Assembly (NCBI RefSeq): GCF_009914755.1 | Contig: NC_060943.1 | Reading direction: 5' to 3' (one strand) | Source of the DNA: the human T2T-CHM13v2.0 reference genome, Homo sapiens | DNA: 64,000 bases | Shown: positions 25,411-52,771 of the stretch, piece by piece | How positions within the stretch are numbered: position 1 is the stretch's first letter | Layout: each line of letters opens with the position of its first letter | Notes under the pieces: model-generated | Told to the model about the DNA's origin: nothing | Seen by the model: only the letters and a program-made list of their open reading frames with translations | The model's database searches: none | Made by a program: the position numbers and the translations under genes

Positions 25411-26138
25411 ATTTTAGAATTTCCTGATTGTATTCAGTGGGTTCTTCCTGCTTTTTCCTCCTGGACAGGGACTCACAAGTGTGTGCAGGGAATTCCAGGC
25501 TCCCTGTCCAGTGGAGCCATTCCCGGACCTCGGAGCAGGAGGGGAGCCCGGGGCACACAGGCCACCCTGCAGCAGGAGGGAGGGCCTGATGTCCTCCAGG
25601 GATCAGGAATTTGGGATGAGGCTGTTGGCGACGTTGCCAAGCCTTTCCCTCACCTTATCTCTCAATCTACTCATTTTCAGCCCAGAAGATAAAAACAGGA
25701 CAACAAAATAAAATAGTTGAGTATGTGGAAAAACTGGAATTATATGGCAGCAATATTTCATAAAGAATCAAAAGAGAAGAAAAGCAAAAACTTGAACAAG
25801 CTCAGAGAAGCAGCCTACTGCACTCACAGTTCACAAGCAGACCCCCTTTCAGGAGGTCAAACATATCCCCAAGCTGGGAAGCCAGGCAATGATTCCTAAA
25901 ATGGAGCTCCGGGGTGGATCAGAAGCTGGTGATAAGGGAGGGACAATTAAGAATTTTACTCTGAGGTCTCAAAATACCTGTCCCCTCTGCACAGCGTGGA
26001 AATGCTCCCTCCTTATGCCATTAAATGTTAATGAATTAAACGCTCCAATCAAAAGCCAAGACATCACACTTTGAATTTGAAAACATTAGCCTTTCTCCAT
26101 ATGTTTATGAAGTAAAAATACTAGACTTAAAAGCGTTA

Positions 26139-26509
<371 letters not shown>

Positions 26510-26664
26510 TCAATAGATGAAATGAAATCTTCAATCAACTTCTAGAAACTATAGCATTTTCTGCCAGGACAAATGGGCACGTTTAGAAAATGAATGAAAA
26601 AAATGACGTCTGAGTATAACCTAATGCATAAATGATACTGTTTCCTTAAAAAAAAATAATAAGC

Positions 26665-26690
26665 ACACACACAGACACACACACACACAC
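26665..26690. repeat. (CA)n microsatellite, interrupted
   Basis: Direct read. Confidence 0.8.
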
Positions 26691-27724
26691 TCCCACAGTC
26701 TATTATGCTAGAAACTGCTCTCTGAAGGATAAACTACTATTTTATGAAATGCTCCACCCCTCACTCCTCACATTAACTGCTCCTGGAACAATGTTCTATT
26801 TATTTGTTTCCACACATATTAAAAGAGGGCACAATGTATCAAACTAACTGATTGTCAGGGGTTTATATACAGATTCTGTATATTTTTACAAATGGCAACA
26901 AGTAAGTAGTTGATTTCTGCAATGATTTAAATACATATAAAAGCTTCCAGACAAAAATAGCTGTTCGCATTACCATGATGAAGGAAAAATCAACAATGGT
27001 GAGACCCACACCCCCTCCCCCAGAGAAAGTATAAAAGAAATCCTAAGAGAAGCTAGAAAGCCCAAAATTTGTATGTGCAAGTTTAAACACAATATAGAAA
27101 GTATTGCTGTTAGTTTCCTCACAGTCAGTTCTATGGCAACACCATGCTTTTCTGAGTTAGGATGTTTATTTCTGAGTTTGTCTTTTTTTTTTTTCTGAGA
27201 TGGAGTTTTGCTCCTGTTGCCCAGACTGAAGTGCAATGGTGCAATCTCGGCTCACCGCAACCTCTGCCTCCGGGTTCAAGCAATTCTCCCACCTCAGCCT
27301 CCTGAGTAGCTGGGATTGCAGGCATGCGCCACCACATCTGGCTAATTTTATATTTTTAGTAGAGACAGGGTTTCTCCATATTGGTCAGGCTGGTCTCAAA
27401 CTCCTGACCTCAGGTGATCTGCCTGCCTCGGCCACCCAAAGTGCTGGGATGACAGTTGTGAGCCACTGCACCCGGCTATTTCTGAGTTTTTTAAAAGAAA
27501 AGGAAACACAACTCCTTCCCCAACCCTCTGTCACGAAGATATCCTCTAATATCTGCTGCTAAATGTACCATTTCAGTGTGAGTTAACTTTAATGCATGCA
27601 GTAAGGAGCTCAGTTCGTGTTTCTGAAGGTCAATATTCAACTTCCTTAGTAGCTTGTTGAAAAGACTTTCCCCTTTAATTTATCTTGGCCTATTTGTTGA
27701 AGATTAATTAACTATCCATGAAGA

Positions 27725-28084
27725 GTGTCTTAGTCCATTTGTGCTGCTATAATGAACTACTGCCAAGTGGGCAATTTATAAAGAATATTAATTAGTTTTC
27801 TCGTAGTTCTGGATGCTGGGAATTCCAAGATAAAGGTGCCAGCACCTAGGGAGGGCCTTCTTACTGCATCTTCTGGAGGGAAGGAACACTGCATCCTCAC
27901 AGGGCAGAAGACAGAAGGGCAAGAGAGGGCGAGCCCCATCCATCAAACCCTTTATAGTGGCATTAGTCTATTCATGAGGGCTCTGCCAAAAGACTAAAAG
28001 TCCCCAACTCCCAAAATTGTGGTGCTGGGGATTGAGTTCTCACCTATGAATTTTGAGGGGACACAAACATTCAAATGATAGCAA
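27725..28084 (-). mobile_element. MST/MLT1-type MaLR solo LTR
   Basis: Begins tgtcttagtccatttgtgctgctata, ends ggggacacaaacattcaaatgatagca. Confidence 0.65.
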
Positions 28085-28159
28085 AGGGGGTTATTTCCGG
28101 ACTCTCAATTCTGTCATATTATTTCTGACATCTTCCCAGTAAGTCTGGCTACTATACTA

Positions 28160-30400
<2,241 letters not shown>

Positions 30401-30605
30401 TAAACAAAGGACTTGAAATAAAGTTGTTTGGCCAGGCACCGTGGCTCACGCCTGTAATCCCAGCACTTTGGGAGGCTGAGGCAGGCGGATCACCTGAGGT
30501 CGGGAGTTCGAGACCAGCCTGACCAACATGGAGAAACCCCATCTCTACTAAAAATACAAAAATTATCCAGGCGTGGTGGCGCATGCCTGTAATCCCAGCT
30601 ACTCA

Positions 30606-30710
<105 letters not shown>

Positions 30711-30739
30711 TCAAAAAGGAAAATAAATAAATAAACAAA

Positions 30740-31495
30740 GTTGTTCAAAGAAGTTATATAAATGACAATTATGTACATGAAATGATGGTCACCATCATTG
30801 ATCGTTAAGGAAATGCAAATCAAAACCACAATGAAATTCCAATTCACACCCATTAGCATGGCTATTATACAGCCAATGTGGGAGAAGACGGAAGAAATGG
30901 CAACTCTTTTGCATTGCTGGGGAGAATGTTAAATACTGCAGCCACTGTGTAAAACAGGATAAGTATTCCTGACAAAGGTGAACTTAGAATTTCTCTGTAA
31001 CCCAGCCATTCAACTCCTAAGTATACACCCAAATAAATAGAAATCAGAAACACACATGGACACACGTAACCCAATTTCATGGCAGCCTTATTCACAATTC
31101 CCAAAACAGTATTGTGGATATAACCCATACGTTCATCAGCCTATGAGTGAAGAAGCAAAGTGTGGTTTACCCATAAAATAGAATGTTCAGGCATAAAAAA
31201 CTGAATCACTGGTACATTCTGCTGCATGGAAGAACCTTGAAAACATTTTGCTAAGTGAAATAAGTCAGACACAGAAGGACAAATATTGTAGGCTTTTACT
31301 TAGAATACCTAGAATAGTCAAATTCATGGAGCAAAAAAGTAGAAGAGAGATTATCAGGGCCTGACAATAAGGTGGAATGAGGAGTTCTTTTATTTACTGG
31401 GTGATGAGTTTCTATGTGGAGTGATGAAAAGTTCTGGAGATAGCTGCAGTGGTCACACTGAGTCATAAATGTATTTAGTGCTACTGAATTGCACA
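30740..31495 (+). mobile_element. Old L1M (L1MB-like) 3' end
   Basis: ORF2 C-terminal motif aaatgcaaatcaaaaccacaatga and L1MB-type 3' UTR. Confidence 0.65.
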
Positions 31496-31662
31496 CGCGG
31501 TTGCTCACACCTGCAATCCCAGCACTTTGGGAGGCCAAGGCGGGCAGATCATGAGGTCAGGAGATCGAGACCATCCTGGCCAACATGGTGAAACCCCGTC
31601 TCTACTAAAAATACAAAAATTAGCCGGGCGTGGTGGTGGGTGCCTGTAATCCCAGCTACTCA

Positions 31663-31878
<216 letters not shown>

Positions 31879-32783
31879 CTATATCTGGGATAAAAACATA
31901 CACTGGATAGGACTGTGCATATTGGTATCTACCTGTAGCTACTCTGGAGTCTGAGGTGGCAAGATCACTTGAACTTAGGAATTAAAATCCAACTGTGGCA
32001 ACATAGCCAGACCTCACCTCTAAAGAGAATAATAATAAAATAATAATAATACACTGGCTGAAGCCACATATGGTGGTTCATTTCTGTAATTCCAGCTACT
32101 TGGGAGGATGGTGTGGGAGGATCCCTTCAGGCCAGGAGTTCAAGACCTGCCTGGGCCACATAGTGAGACCTTGTCTCTAAATAAATTTTAAAACTTAGTA
32201 CAGTGTGGTGGTGCATGCCTGTTGTCCCAGCAACTTGAAGGCTGAAGTGGGAGGATCACCTGAGCCCAGGAATTTGATGCTTCAGTGAGCATGATCACAT
32301 CACTGCATACCAGCCTGGGTGAGAGAGCAAGACCACAACTTAAAAAAAAAAAAAAAACCAGAGAGAGAGAGAATAGCAGTAGAAAGTATTTAAAATGAAA
32401 CACCAATCAAAAAAATGACCAAAAAATATGAACAGAACATCAGTGAGCTGTGTGGTGGTGACTACACAGCTACAAGTAACCTTTTTTTTTGAGACAGAGT
32501 CTCACTCTGTCGCCAGGCTGGAGTGCAGTGGCGTGATCTTGGCTCACTGCACCCTCCGCCTTCCAGGTTCAAGCAGTTCTCTGCCTCAGCCTCCTGAGTA
32601 ACTGGAATTACAGGTGCCCACCACCACACCTGGCTAATTTTTGTATTTTTGGTAGAGACAGGGTTTCACCATCTTGGCCAGGCTGGTCTTGAATTCTTGG
32701 CCTCATGATCCACCTGCCTCGGGCTCCCAAAGTGCTGGGATTACAGGCGTGAACCACCGCACCTGGCCAACATGTAACTTTTA

Positions 32784-33176
<393 letters not shown>

Positions 33177-34049
33177 TTAAAAATATATCAGCCATGGCCA
33201 GGTGCAGTGGCTCACTGCACTTTGGGAGGCCAAGGCGAACAGATCACTTAAGGCCAGGAGTTCGAGACCAGCCTGGCCAACACGGTGAAACCCCATCTCT
33301 ACTAAAAAATACAAAAATTAGCCAGGTGTGGTGGCGCATGCCTGTAATTCCAGCTACTCCAGAGGCTGAGGCATGATAATCTCCTAAACCTGGGTTGTGG
33401 AGGTTGCCAGTGAGCTGAGATTGTGCCACTGCACTCCAGCCTGGGTGACAGAATGAGATGCTGTCTCAAAAAAAAAAAAAAAAATCAGCCACACATTTTC
33501 CAAATTGGATGAAAACTATAAACCTTGAAATACAAGAAGCTCAACAAACCACAAGCACAAAATGTATGAAAAAAATCTACACCAAGACACATCATCATCA
33601 AACTGCTGAAAGTCAGAGATAATGAAAAAATTTTAAAACTGGAGAAAAACGACACCTTAACTATAGAGACACAAAGACTGATTACATACTTATCATCAGA
33701 AACAGTCCAAACCAGAAGACCAGAGAAAAATTTTTAAGAAACTAAAAAAACAAATATGTCAACCAAGAATTCTATATTCAGCAAATATCTTTCCAAACAA
33801 AGAGAAAATAAATACTTTACTCAGTCATGCTAAAAGTGTTTGTAATCAGCATACTTGCTGATTGTCAATTGAATTCCCAGAGCAGAAGAAAAATGTTACC
33901 AGATGGAAATCTGTGAAGAATGAAAAGCATCAGAAATGCTAACTACTTGAGTAAATACAAAGAAGTTTTTACTACTGTCTATTTTTAGAATAAAAGATCA
34001 CTGAATTTGTAAAAGAAAAAAAAGTTGGGGGAAAGCATGGGAAAAAATG

Positions 34050-40177
<6,128 letters not shown>

Positions 40178-40529
40178 TAGTAGAGACAGGGTTTCACCGT
40201 GTTAGCCAGGATGGTCTTGATCTCCTGACCTCGTGATCCACCTGCCTCAGCCTCCCAAAGTGCTGGGATTATAGGCGTGAGCCACTGCACCCAGCCTCAT
40301 ACAAGAGTTTTGATTAATTCACATAGTTGCCAGCATTTGTTATTTTGTTGTTCTTAGGTAGTAGCAAAATAATGAAGGTGAGGGTGTGTGGATGTCATTG
40401 CTGTTTTGATTTGCATTTCCCTAACCATGAGAGAGAGATGTTGAACATCTTTATGTGATTATCACCTTTTGTATGCTTCATTAGAGGAATGTCTATTCAA
40501 TTCCCTAACATATTTTTCAACGTAATTGT

Positions 40530-42612
<2,083 letters not shown>

Positions 42613-42761
42613 TTCAAAATAAATGGAAACTACTTAAGTCTTTATAACATCTTTATATTCATAGGGCTTATCTCCAATGTGAATTCTTCCTCATATCTTA
42701 AATAAAATAAGATTAGCGAATGCTTCTCCCACATTCCATACATTTAGAGGGTTTCTCTTTA

Positions 42762-42977
<216 letters not shown>

Positions 42978-43881
42978 TTACACTCCTTACGTTCATGGAG
43001 TTTCTTTCCAGTGTGAGTCCTGTAATGATTTCAAAAAGAACAGACATCGCTAAAGGCTTTCCCACATTTACATTTACAGTGTTTCTCCCCAGTGTGTGTC
43101 CTTTTATGTCTTTGTAGAAAACTGGAAGAATCAAGGGCTTTCTCACATACCTTGCATGTCTGAGATCCATCTCCGGTGTGCGTTTTCATGTGTCTTTGAA
43201 AGCTTGTGCATGAAAGAAGGCTTTCCCACATTGCTTACATTTATAGGGTTTCTCTTCAGTGTGAGTTCTTTCATGTCTTTGAACTAAACTGAGATAATGA
43301 AAGCTTTTCCCACATATCTTACATTTATGATTTCTACTTCCAGTGTATGTTCTTGTGTATATTTGAAAGCCTCTGAGATGATAAAATGCTTTTACACATT
43401 GCTTACCTTCATAGGGTTGTTTTCCAGTTTGAGCCTTTTCAAGTATTTGAGTGTAACAGAAACCACTGAAGGCTTTCCCACATTGTTTGCATTTATAAGG
43501 TTTCTCTCCAGTGTAAGTTCTTTCATGTCTTTGAAATGGTCTGTGAGAATTGAAGCCTTTCCCACATATCTTACATTTATGAGGCCTATCTCCACTGTGC
43601 ATTCTCATGTGTGTTTGAAAGCTTCTGAGACGATTAAGTACTTTCTCACATTCCTTACAGTCACTAAGTTTCTTTCCAGGGTAAGGCCTTTAATGTATTC
43701 AAAGGAAGTGGCAATAACTGGAGGCTTTCTCACATTGTTTATGTGTATGTGGCTTCTCTCCATATTCCTGATACTCATGTGGCTTGTGTTGAGCATGAGC
43801 TCTATGGTAGCAATTAAGATGAACGACCCATGCTGACTTCTCCACACACACTGCTTTCACGTGGTTTTGCTCAAGGGAGAC

Positions 43882-44177
43882 TTTTTTTTTTTTTTGAGAC
43901 GGAGTTTCATTCTTGTTGCCCAGGCTGGAGTGCAATGGCTGATCTTGGCTCACTGCAACCTCTGCTTCCCAGGTTCAAGGGATTCTCCTGCCTCAGCCTC
44001 CCGAGTAGCTGGGATTACAGGCATTGTGCCACCACGCCCGGCTAATTTTGTATTTTTAGTAGAGACGGGGTTTCTCCATGTTGGTCAGGCTGGTCTCGAA
44101 CTCCCAATCTCAGGTAATCTGCCTGCCTCAGCCTCTCAAAGTGCTGGGATTACAGGCGTGAGCCACCGAGCCCGGCC
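43882..44177 (-). mobile_element. AluS (Sp/Sq-like) inserted in the pseudogene finger exon
   Basis: TSD tcaagggaga at 43871-43880 and 44178-44187. Confidence 0.9.
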
Positions 44178-45232
44178 TCAAGGGAGATTTTTGTTGTTCA
44201 CAATACCACCTGGAATGTGGCTGAAAGTTTCTCCAAATTATCTACCTCCTTTACTTTTACAGAATCAGTCTACCATATGATATCTGTAAAAACAGAGAAG
44301 TACAATTACTACAGGTTTGTTTATAAGTGTTTTTTATATATATTAATAGGTCTTAAATTTACATTGTTGACATTATCATGCGAAGCTTAGGTGTCATGCC
44401 CTGTTTGAACATGAACGGACTGAATGCTGTGCAAGATAACTCAACTGTGGCTATCATCGGAACAGTAATATTCACGTGGGAATTCTTAGTACTGTTTTCC
44501 AAGGAAATTATTTTGCAGACACACTTAACAGCTATGTCCCATTTAAGTATGTTTTTGAAGAAAATTTTCTAAGAGTGAATAAATTTAAGCCAGGATTATT
44601 CTTTTTTATTTATTTATTTATTTATTTATTTTGCTTGTTTTAAAATTTTCCTGTCTTTTTTTTTAGACGGAGTCTTGCACTTTCGCCTGAGCTGGAGTGC
44701 AATGGCATGATCTCGACTGACTGCAACGTCCTCCTCCCGGGTACATGCGATTCTCCTGCCTCAGCCTCCTAAGTAGCTGGGACTACAGGTTCACACCACC
44801 ACGCCTGGCTAATTTTTTGTATCTTTAGTAGAGACAGGGTTTCACTATGTTGGCCAGACTGGTCTCGAATTCCCGACCTCCTGAACTGCGCCCCACCCCC
44901 CCACCCTTTCAAAGTGCTGGAATTATAGGTGTGAAAAATTTCCTGTCACTTTAAGAATTATTCCAAAGACATATCTTTCTCTTCCTAGGGCAAATTACCT
45001 TAGATTTCTTCTGGGAATTTTGTACTAATCTTTAATGTTTTGGTCTTCCCATTTCATTCCTAAAATGTAGACCCAGAAGAATCACTATATATTATTATAA
45101 AATTACATTGAGGCCGGGGGCGGTGGTTCACGCATGTAATCCTAGCACTTTGGGAGGCCGAGGTGGGTGGATCGTCTGAGCTCAGGAGTTCGAGACAAGC
45201 TTGGGCAACACAGTGAAACCCCGTCTCTACTA

Positions 45233-45923
<691 letters not shown>

Positions 45924-46714
45924 TATTTCCTTTATATTCTAAATCTTTGAACAGCACTGGTGACGAAGAAACAAATATCCGTAATTGACTAAGTAAAGAC
46001 ATGATGTCCCCCTTACCTATACAGTCTAGGTTCCTGATGGTTTCCCGTAGCACATCTCTGTAGAGACTCTTCTATGATGGACCCAGCAAAGCCCACTCCT
46101 CCCAGGCAAAAGTTCGTAGCCACATCCTCAAAGGCCACTGAGTCCTGAAACACCCGACACGTGCAGAGGAGGAAAGCTGAAACTGACAGCACTGGGAATC
46201 TGTACTCACTACATAAATGTCACATGATGCTGTGGTGTCCAAACATTTATGCAACGACACGGTAATCCAACTCTTACCCTCTTTCTAAACTCATTTTCTC
46301 CCAGAATGCAATTCTAATGCTAGAATTAAACGTGTTTGGTAAAATAACAGTCGAATTATAAAATGCCACTCCTTGGTGAGTTAAAGGAGTGACATTTATT
46401 GCCTAGATCACCCCTAATATCTATGTGTACAGGATGTTTGTAATTCCTGATGTGACAAAGTCCTCCTACCTAATGGGCAGAAGAGTTAACATCAGCAGTC
46501 CTGAGACCGCATATTGTTACAAATGCTTGCTCACAAAGTTGAACCTTTCACTATATCTAGGAACTGAATTTAGTTAGGGGGCTTCACCAACATAAGCGAT
46601 AATGGAGGATGAGTGTCCCTAAACTATGTAAAAAATATGGTATCTGCTGAACTCCTATGTTCCCTCTGAGAGTTCAAACTTTTGTGATATGCTTGGCAGA
46701 GGGAGCATACCTGA

Positions 46715-47025
<311 letters not shown>

Positions 47026-48048
47026 TGAGCCACCGCGCCCGGCCATTCACTGCTAGGTTTGAATGTTTGTCCCCTCCAAAATGCTTGTTGAAACATAATC
47101 CCCAATGTGGCACTAATGAAAGGTGAGGCCTTTAAGAGGTGAGTAGATATTAAGGGTTCAGACCTCATAAATAAATTAATCCATTCATGAATTCATGGCT
47201 TGCTGAATTAATGAGTTATCTCAGGAGTGGGACTGATGGCCGTATTAAAAAAGAAGGGAACCTGAGCTACCACATTCAGCCCATTCTCCATGTGATACCT
47301 TCAACCACCTAGAAACTCTGCACAGCCCCCATGACCAAGAAGGCTTTCACCAGATGAAGCCCTCTTACTTGCTAGGTTCCAGAACTATAATAAATAATTT
47401 TTTTTTTGTTTTTTGGCTTTTCTTTTTAGATGGACTCTTGCTTTGTTGCCCAGATGGGAGTGCAGTGGCACGATCTCGGCTCACTGCAACCTCTGCCTCC
47501 TCCTGGGTTCAAGCAATTCTCCTGTCTCAGCTTCCTGAGTAACTGGGACTACAGTTACATGATACCACACTTGGATAATTTTTTTATTTTTAATAGAGAC
47601 AGGGTTTCACTATGTTGGCCAGGCTGGAAGAAATATTGTTTTTTAAATAAATTACTCAGCTTCTACTATTCTGTTATAAGCAACAGAAAACATACTAGGA
47701 TAAGCATGAAAAAACCACTCACCACTGGGTCTCTTATGAGCTTTTTTTGGTAGATAACATTTCCCACATTTTGTCACAACTTGTTACTTAAAGGATAAAG
47801 CCCATCCAATCTGAACACATTATAGGAGACTATTTGGAAGGTGGCATCTGCTTTCCTCTAGACCAAATTCAGTTAAGTATGACAAAAGACTAATGAAAGA
47901 TGTCTCACTATCCCAATGGGAAACTTACGCTTTTTATTGGGTAATAACAAAGGATAATAAAGAAGGAAAAAGATTGCACATGTTCACTCCTGTAATCCCA
48001 ACACTTTGGGAGGCTGAGGCGAGTGAATCACCTGAGGTTGCGAGTTCA

Positions 48049-48252
<204 letters not shown>

Positions 48253-49007
48253 TCAAAAAAAAAAAAAAAAAAAAAAAGGAAAGAACTCAATATCACCTCT
48301 CATAAATATCTATGCTAGTCCCTAAATCCCTAAAACAGTTGTTTTAATAGTGAACAAAAATTGCATTAGCAAATCTAGTAGGAATCACAAATGTCTAAAA
48401 GTGAGAAAAATGTTGGAACAGAAACATGAAATCTTGCCTGAAATACATAAAGGATTCAAGGGTGAAATATGCAAGACACTATACTATTAATCGAGAGATA
48501 AACAAATAGAAATAGGAATGTGAATAATGGTAGGAAAGCCTAGCAGAGTTTTTAAAGTTTCTTCTTATTCTAATCTCTCCTCCACTTCAGTGACAGTCTT
48601 GAGGACAACAGCCTAGGTTCCCAGTGTGAGATCCTGGTCACTGATTCTAAAGAGAGCAGATCAGATTTAATGTGCAAATTATTGCCTTTGTATGTTACAA
48701 TCTGTTTTGGGCCTTTCCAAAGGTCTCAAACAAGGCTGTCTTCTCTGTTTCATCTATGTTGGAAGCCAATTAGAATCAACACTAGCAGGAACATCTTAAA
48801 AATTTTACGAAAAACATAAAAAGCCTGCAACCACATTGGACTATAGATTATGATTAAGACATACACTGACCATCTAATGGCCAGGAAGAAAAGCTGGAGA
48901 GAAAATTTCCCTCAGAACTTGGGATATTCAAAAGCTCCCAAATTAGTCAGCCATGGTGGCATGTCCCTGTAGGCTCAGCTATTTGGGAAGCAGATGCAGA
49001 AGGATCA

Positions 49008-49130
<123 letters not shown>

Positions 49131-49688
49131 TTACTTATTTAAAATAAAATAAAGCACCCAGTTATAGGAGGTAGTTTCCTGAGACCTGGAAGAAGAAAAA
49201 AAAAAAAAGCACCAGGGTATACTGAGGAATTAAGCCCCATGCAGTCAAACGACAGAAAAACACATTTTCACAAAAGACCCAAGACCATCGTTTTCAGATG
49301 TGGCAGATCTTGAGGCTTGGTTAAACAGAAAGAGAAGGGTGAAGCAGAGCTTTAAGCAGCTGGGCTAAGGATTCGAGGAATTCTCCAGCTCAGATCCATC
49401 CACAGAGACTGACAGAGGTCAATTTTTTTGCTTGTTTCATTTTCTCTTTTTCTTTCAGTTTCTGGCATTGTCAGAACACTGGGTGAATATAAGCTAAAGG
49501 GACAGAGACCTCAGTGACTACACTGGACAGGGAATACAGTCTCTATAAATACACTTCTGAAATAAACAAGATTACCAAACAAATAAGCAATTACAGCCTT
49601 CAGCGAACATAAATCGCATAAAAAAGAAGGGGGAGAATTTGATTTACAGAGTTACTCTTATTATAATATTCAAATGTCTAGTTTTAAC

Positions 49689-51460
49689 CTTTATTTTAGG
49701 TTCCAGGGTACATATGCAGTTTTTTTATATAGACAAACTTGTGTCATGGGAGTTTGGTGTATAGATTATTTCATCACCCAGGTACTAAGCATGATACTTG
49801 ATAGTTATTTTTTCTTATCCTTTTCTTCCTCCCACCCTTAAGTATGCCTCAGCGTCTGTTGTTCCCTTCTTTGTGTTCACATGTTCCCATTATGTAACTC
49901 CCACTTATTAAGTGAGAATATGTGATATTTGGTTTTCTGTTCCTGTGTTAGTTTGTTAAGGATAATAGCCTCCATCTCCATCCATGTTTCTGCAAAGGCA
50001 TGATCTTGTTCTTTTTTATGGCTGCATAGTATTTCTTGGTGTATATGTGCCAAATGTGCTTTATTCAGTCTACTGTTAACAGGCATTTAGGTTGATTTCA
50101 TATATTTGCTATTGTGAGTAGTGCTGCAATGAACATAGGTGTGCATGTGTCTTTATGGTAGAATGATCCATATTCCTTTGGGTATGTGGATCCAATACCC
50201 CAGTAAATGGGTATTGGATTGCTGGGTCAAACGGTAATTCAGTTTTTAGTGCTTTGAGGAATCACCACGCTGCTTTCCATAATGGTTGAACTAACTTAAA
50301 CTCCCACCAGCAGAGTATAAGCATTCCCTTTTCTCCACAACCTTCCCAGCATCTGTTATTTTTTGACTTTTTATTAATGGCCATTCTAACTGGTGTGAAA
50401 TGGTATCTCATTGTGGTTTTGATGTGCATTTCTCTAATGATTAGTGATATTGGGCATTTTTTTTTTCATTTGCTTGTTGATTACATGCATGTCTTCTTTT
50501 GAAAAGTGTCTTTAATCCATCTTGAGTTGATTTTTGTATATGGTTTAAGAAAGGGGTTCAGTTTCAATCTTTTGCATATGGCTAGCCAGTTATCCCAGCA
50601 CCATTGATGAGTCCTTCCCCACTGCTTGTTTTTGTCAGCTTTGTGAAAGATCAGATGGTTGAAGGTGAGCAGCATTATTTCTAGGCTCTCTATTCTGTTC
50701 CATTGGTAATGTGTCAGTTTTTGTAAAAATACCTTACTGTAGCCCTGTAGTATATAGTTTGAAGTCTGGTAGCATGATGCCTCCAGCTTTGTTCTTTTTG
50801 CTTAGGATTGCCTTGACTATTTGGGACTTTTTAAGTTATTTTTTTCCAAGAACTAAGTCTTGCATTTGCTAATCTTTTGTATGTTTTTTTTTTTTTGTAT
50901 CTCAATTTCCTTCAGTTTAGCTCTGATTTTGGTCATTTTAGCTCTGATTTTGGTCATTTCTTGTCTTCTGCTAGCTTTGGGATTGGTTTGCTCTTGCTTC
51001 TCTAGTTCTTCTAGTTGTGATATTGGGTTATTAATTTCAGATCTTTCTTTTTGATTTGGGCAGTTAGTGCTATAAATTTCCATCTTAACACTTCTTTAGC
51101 TGTGCCCCAGAGATTCTGGTATGTTGTATCTTTCTTCTCAGTTTCCAAGAATTTCTTGATTTTGGTGTTAATTTCATTATTTACTCAGAAGTCATTCTGA
51201 ACCAGGTCATTTAATTTTGATATAATTGTATGGTTTGGGGAGATTTTCTTAGTCTTGATTTCTATTTTTATTGCACTGTGGTCTGAGAGTGCAGTTGGTA
51301 TGATTTTGTTTGCTTGTTTTTTTAATTTGCTGAGGGTTATTTTATGTCTGATTATGTTACTGATTTTAGAGTATGTGCCATGTGGTGAGGAGAAGAATGT
51401 ATAATCTGTTGGTTTTGGGTGGAAAGTTCTGTAGATGTCATATCCATTTGGTCAGGTGTT
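49689..51460 (-). mobile_element. Primate L1 (L1PA/PB-like) fragments: 3' end plus two internally discontinuous ORF2 pieces
   Basis: L1P 3' UTR at 49689-50100; ORF2-like peptides in ORFs 50481-50675 and 50853-51083. Confidence 0.75.
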
Positions 51461-51850
51461 GGTGGAAGGCTAAGGAGGAGCAAAGGCAAATGTTACATGG
51501 CGGCAGGCAAGAGAGCATGTACAGGGAAACTGCCCTTTATAAAGCCATCAGATTTCATGAGACTTATTCACTATCACGAGAACAGCATGGGAAAACCGCC
51601 TCCATGATTCAATTACCTCCCACTGGATCACTCCCATGACATGTGGGGATTATGGGAGCTGCAATTCAAAATGAGATTTGGGTGAGTAAGTCTCATGAGA
51701 TCCGATGGCTTTATAAAGGGCAGTTCCCCTGCACACGCTCTCTTGCCTGCCGCCATGTAACATTTGCTTTTGCTCCTCCTTTGCCTTCCACCATGATTGT
51801 GAGGCCTCCCCAGCCATGCTGAACTGTGAGTCAATTAAACCTCTTTTTCT
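51461..51850. mobile_element. THE1-type MaLR LTR rearranged as a fold-back (inverted arms ~51461-51570 and ~51682-51792)
   Basis: Arms are reverse complements and share the non-consensus segment caaatgttacatgg. Confidence 0.85.
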
Positions 51851-51913
51851 TCGTATCACCATGGGTGCCAGCTCCCAGTTAATAACGCTTTTTTTTTGTT
51901 TGTTTTTAAATAG

Positions 51914-52096
<183 letters not shown>

Positions 52097-52546
52097 TAAT
52101 GTCTCAGCCTTTGATTGAAGCATTTAATTCAATAACATTTATAGGCTTGATGGAAGGAGCATTTCCACGCTGTGTTTAGGAGACAGGAGGGCAAATTGAA
52201 CTCCCAGAGTTAAATCCATTAGTGCCCCTGACTCATCCCCAGGTTCTGATCCACCCTAGGGCTCCATTTCAGGAATTATCGTCTGGCCTCCAAGCTTTGG
52301 AATATGTTTGGCCTCCTGAAAGTGGTTGACTTGTGAACTGTGTGTGGATGCAGCAGGCTGCTTATCTGAGCTAGTTCAAGTTTTTGCTTTATAAAATATT
52401 GCCGCCATATAATTCCAGTTTTTCCACACATTTAACAATTTTATTTATTTCTTTTTTCTTTTTTCTTTTTTTTTTTTTTTGAGACGGAGTCTCCCTCTGT
52501 CTCGCCCACTCTCTCACTGCAGCCTCTGCCTTCCAGGTTCAAGTGA

Positions 52547-52771
<225 letters not shown>

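Noticed and set aside
43186-43608. 140-aa zinc-finger ORF as a functional short ZNF
   Set aside because: Several fingers lack Cys or His, the upstream exons carry stops and a frameshift, and no promoter is linked
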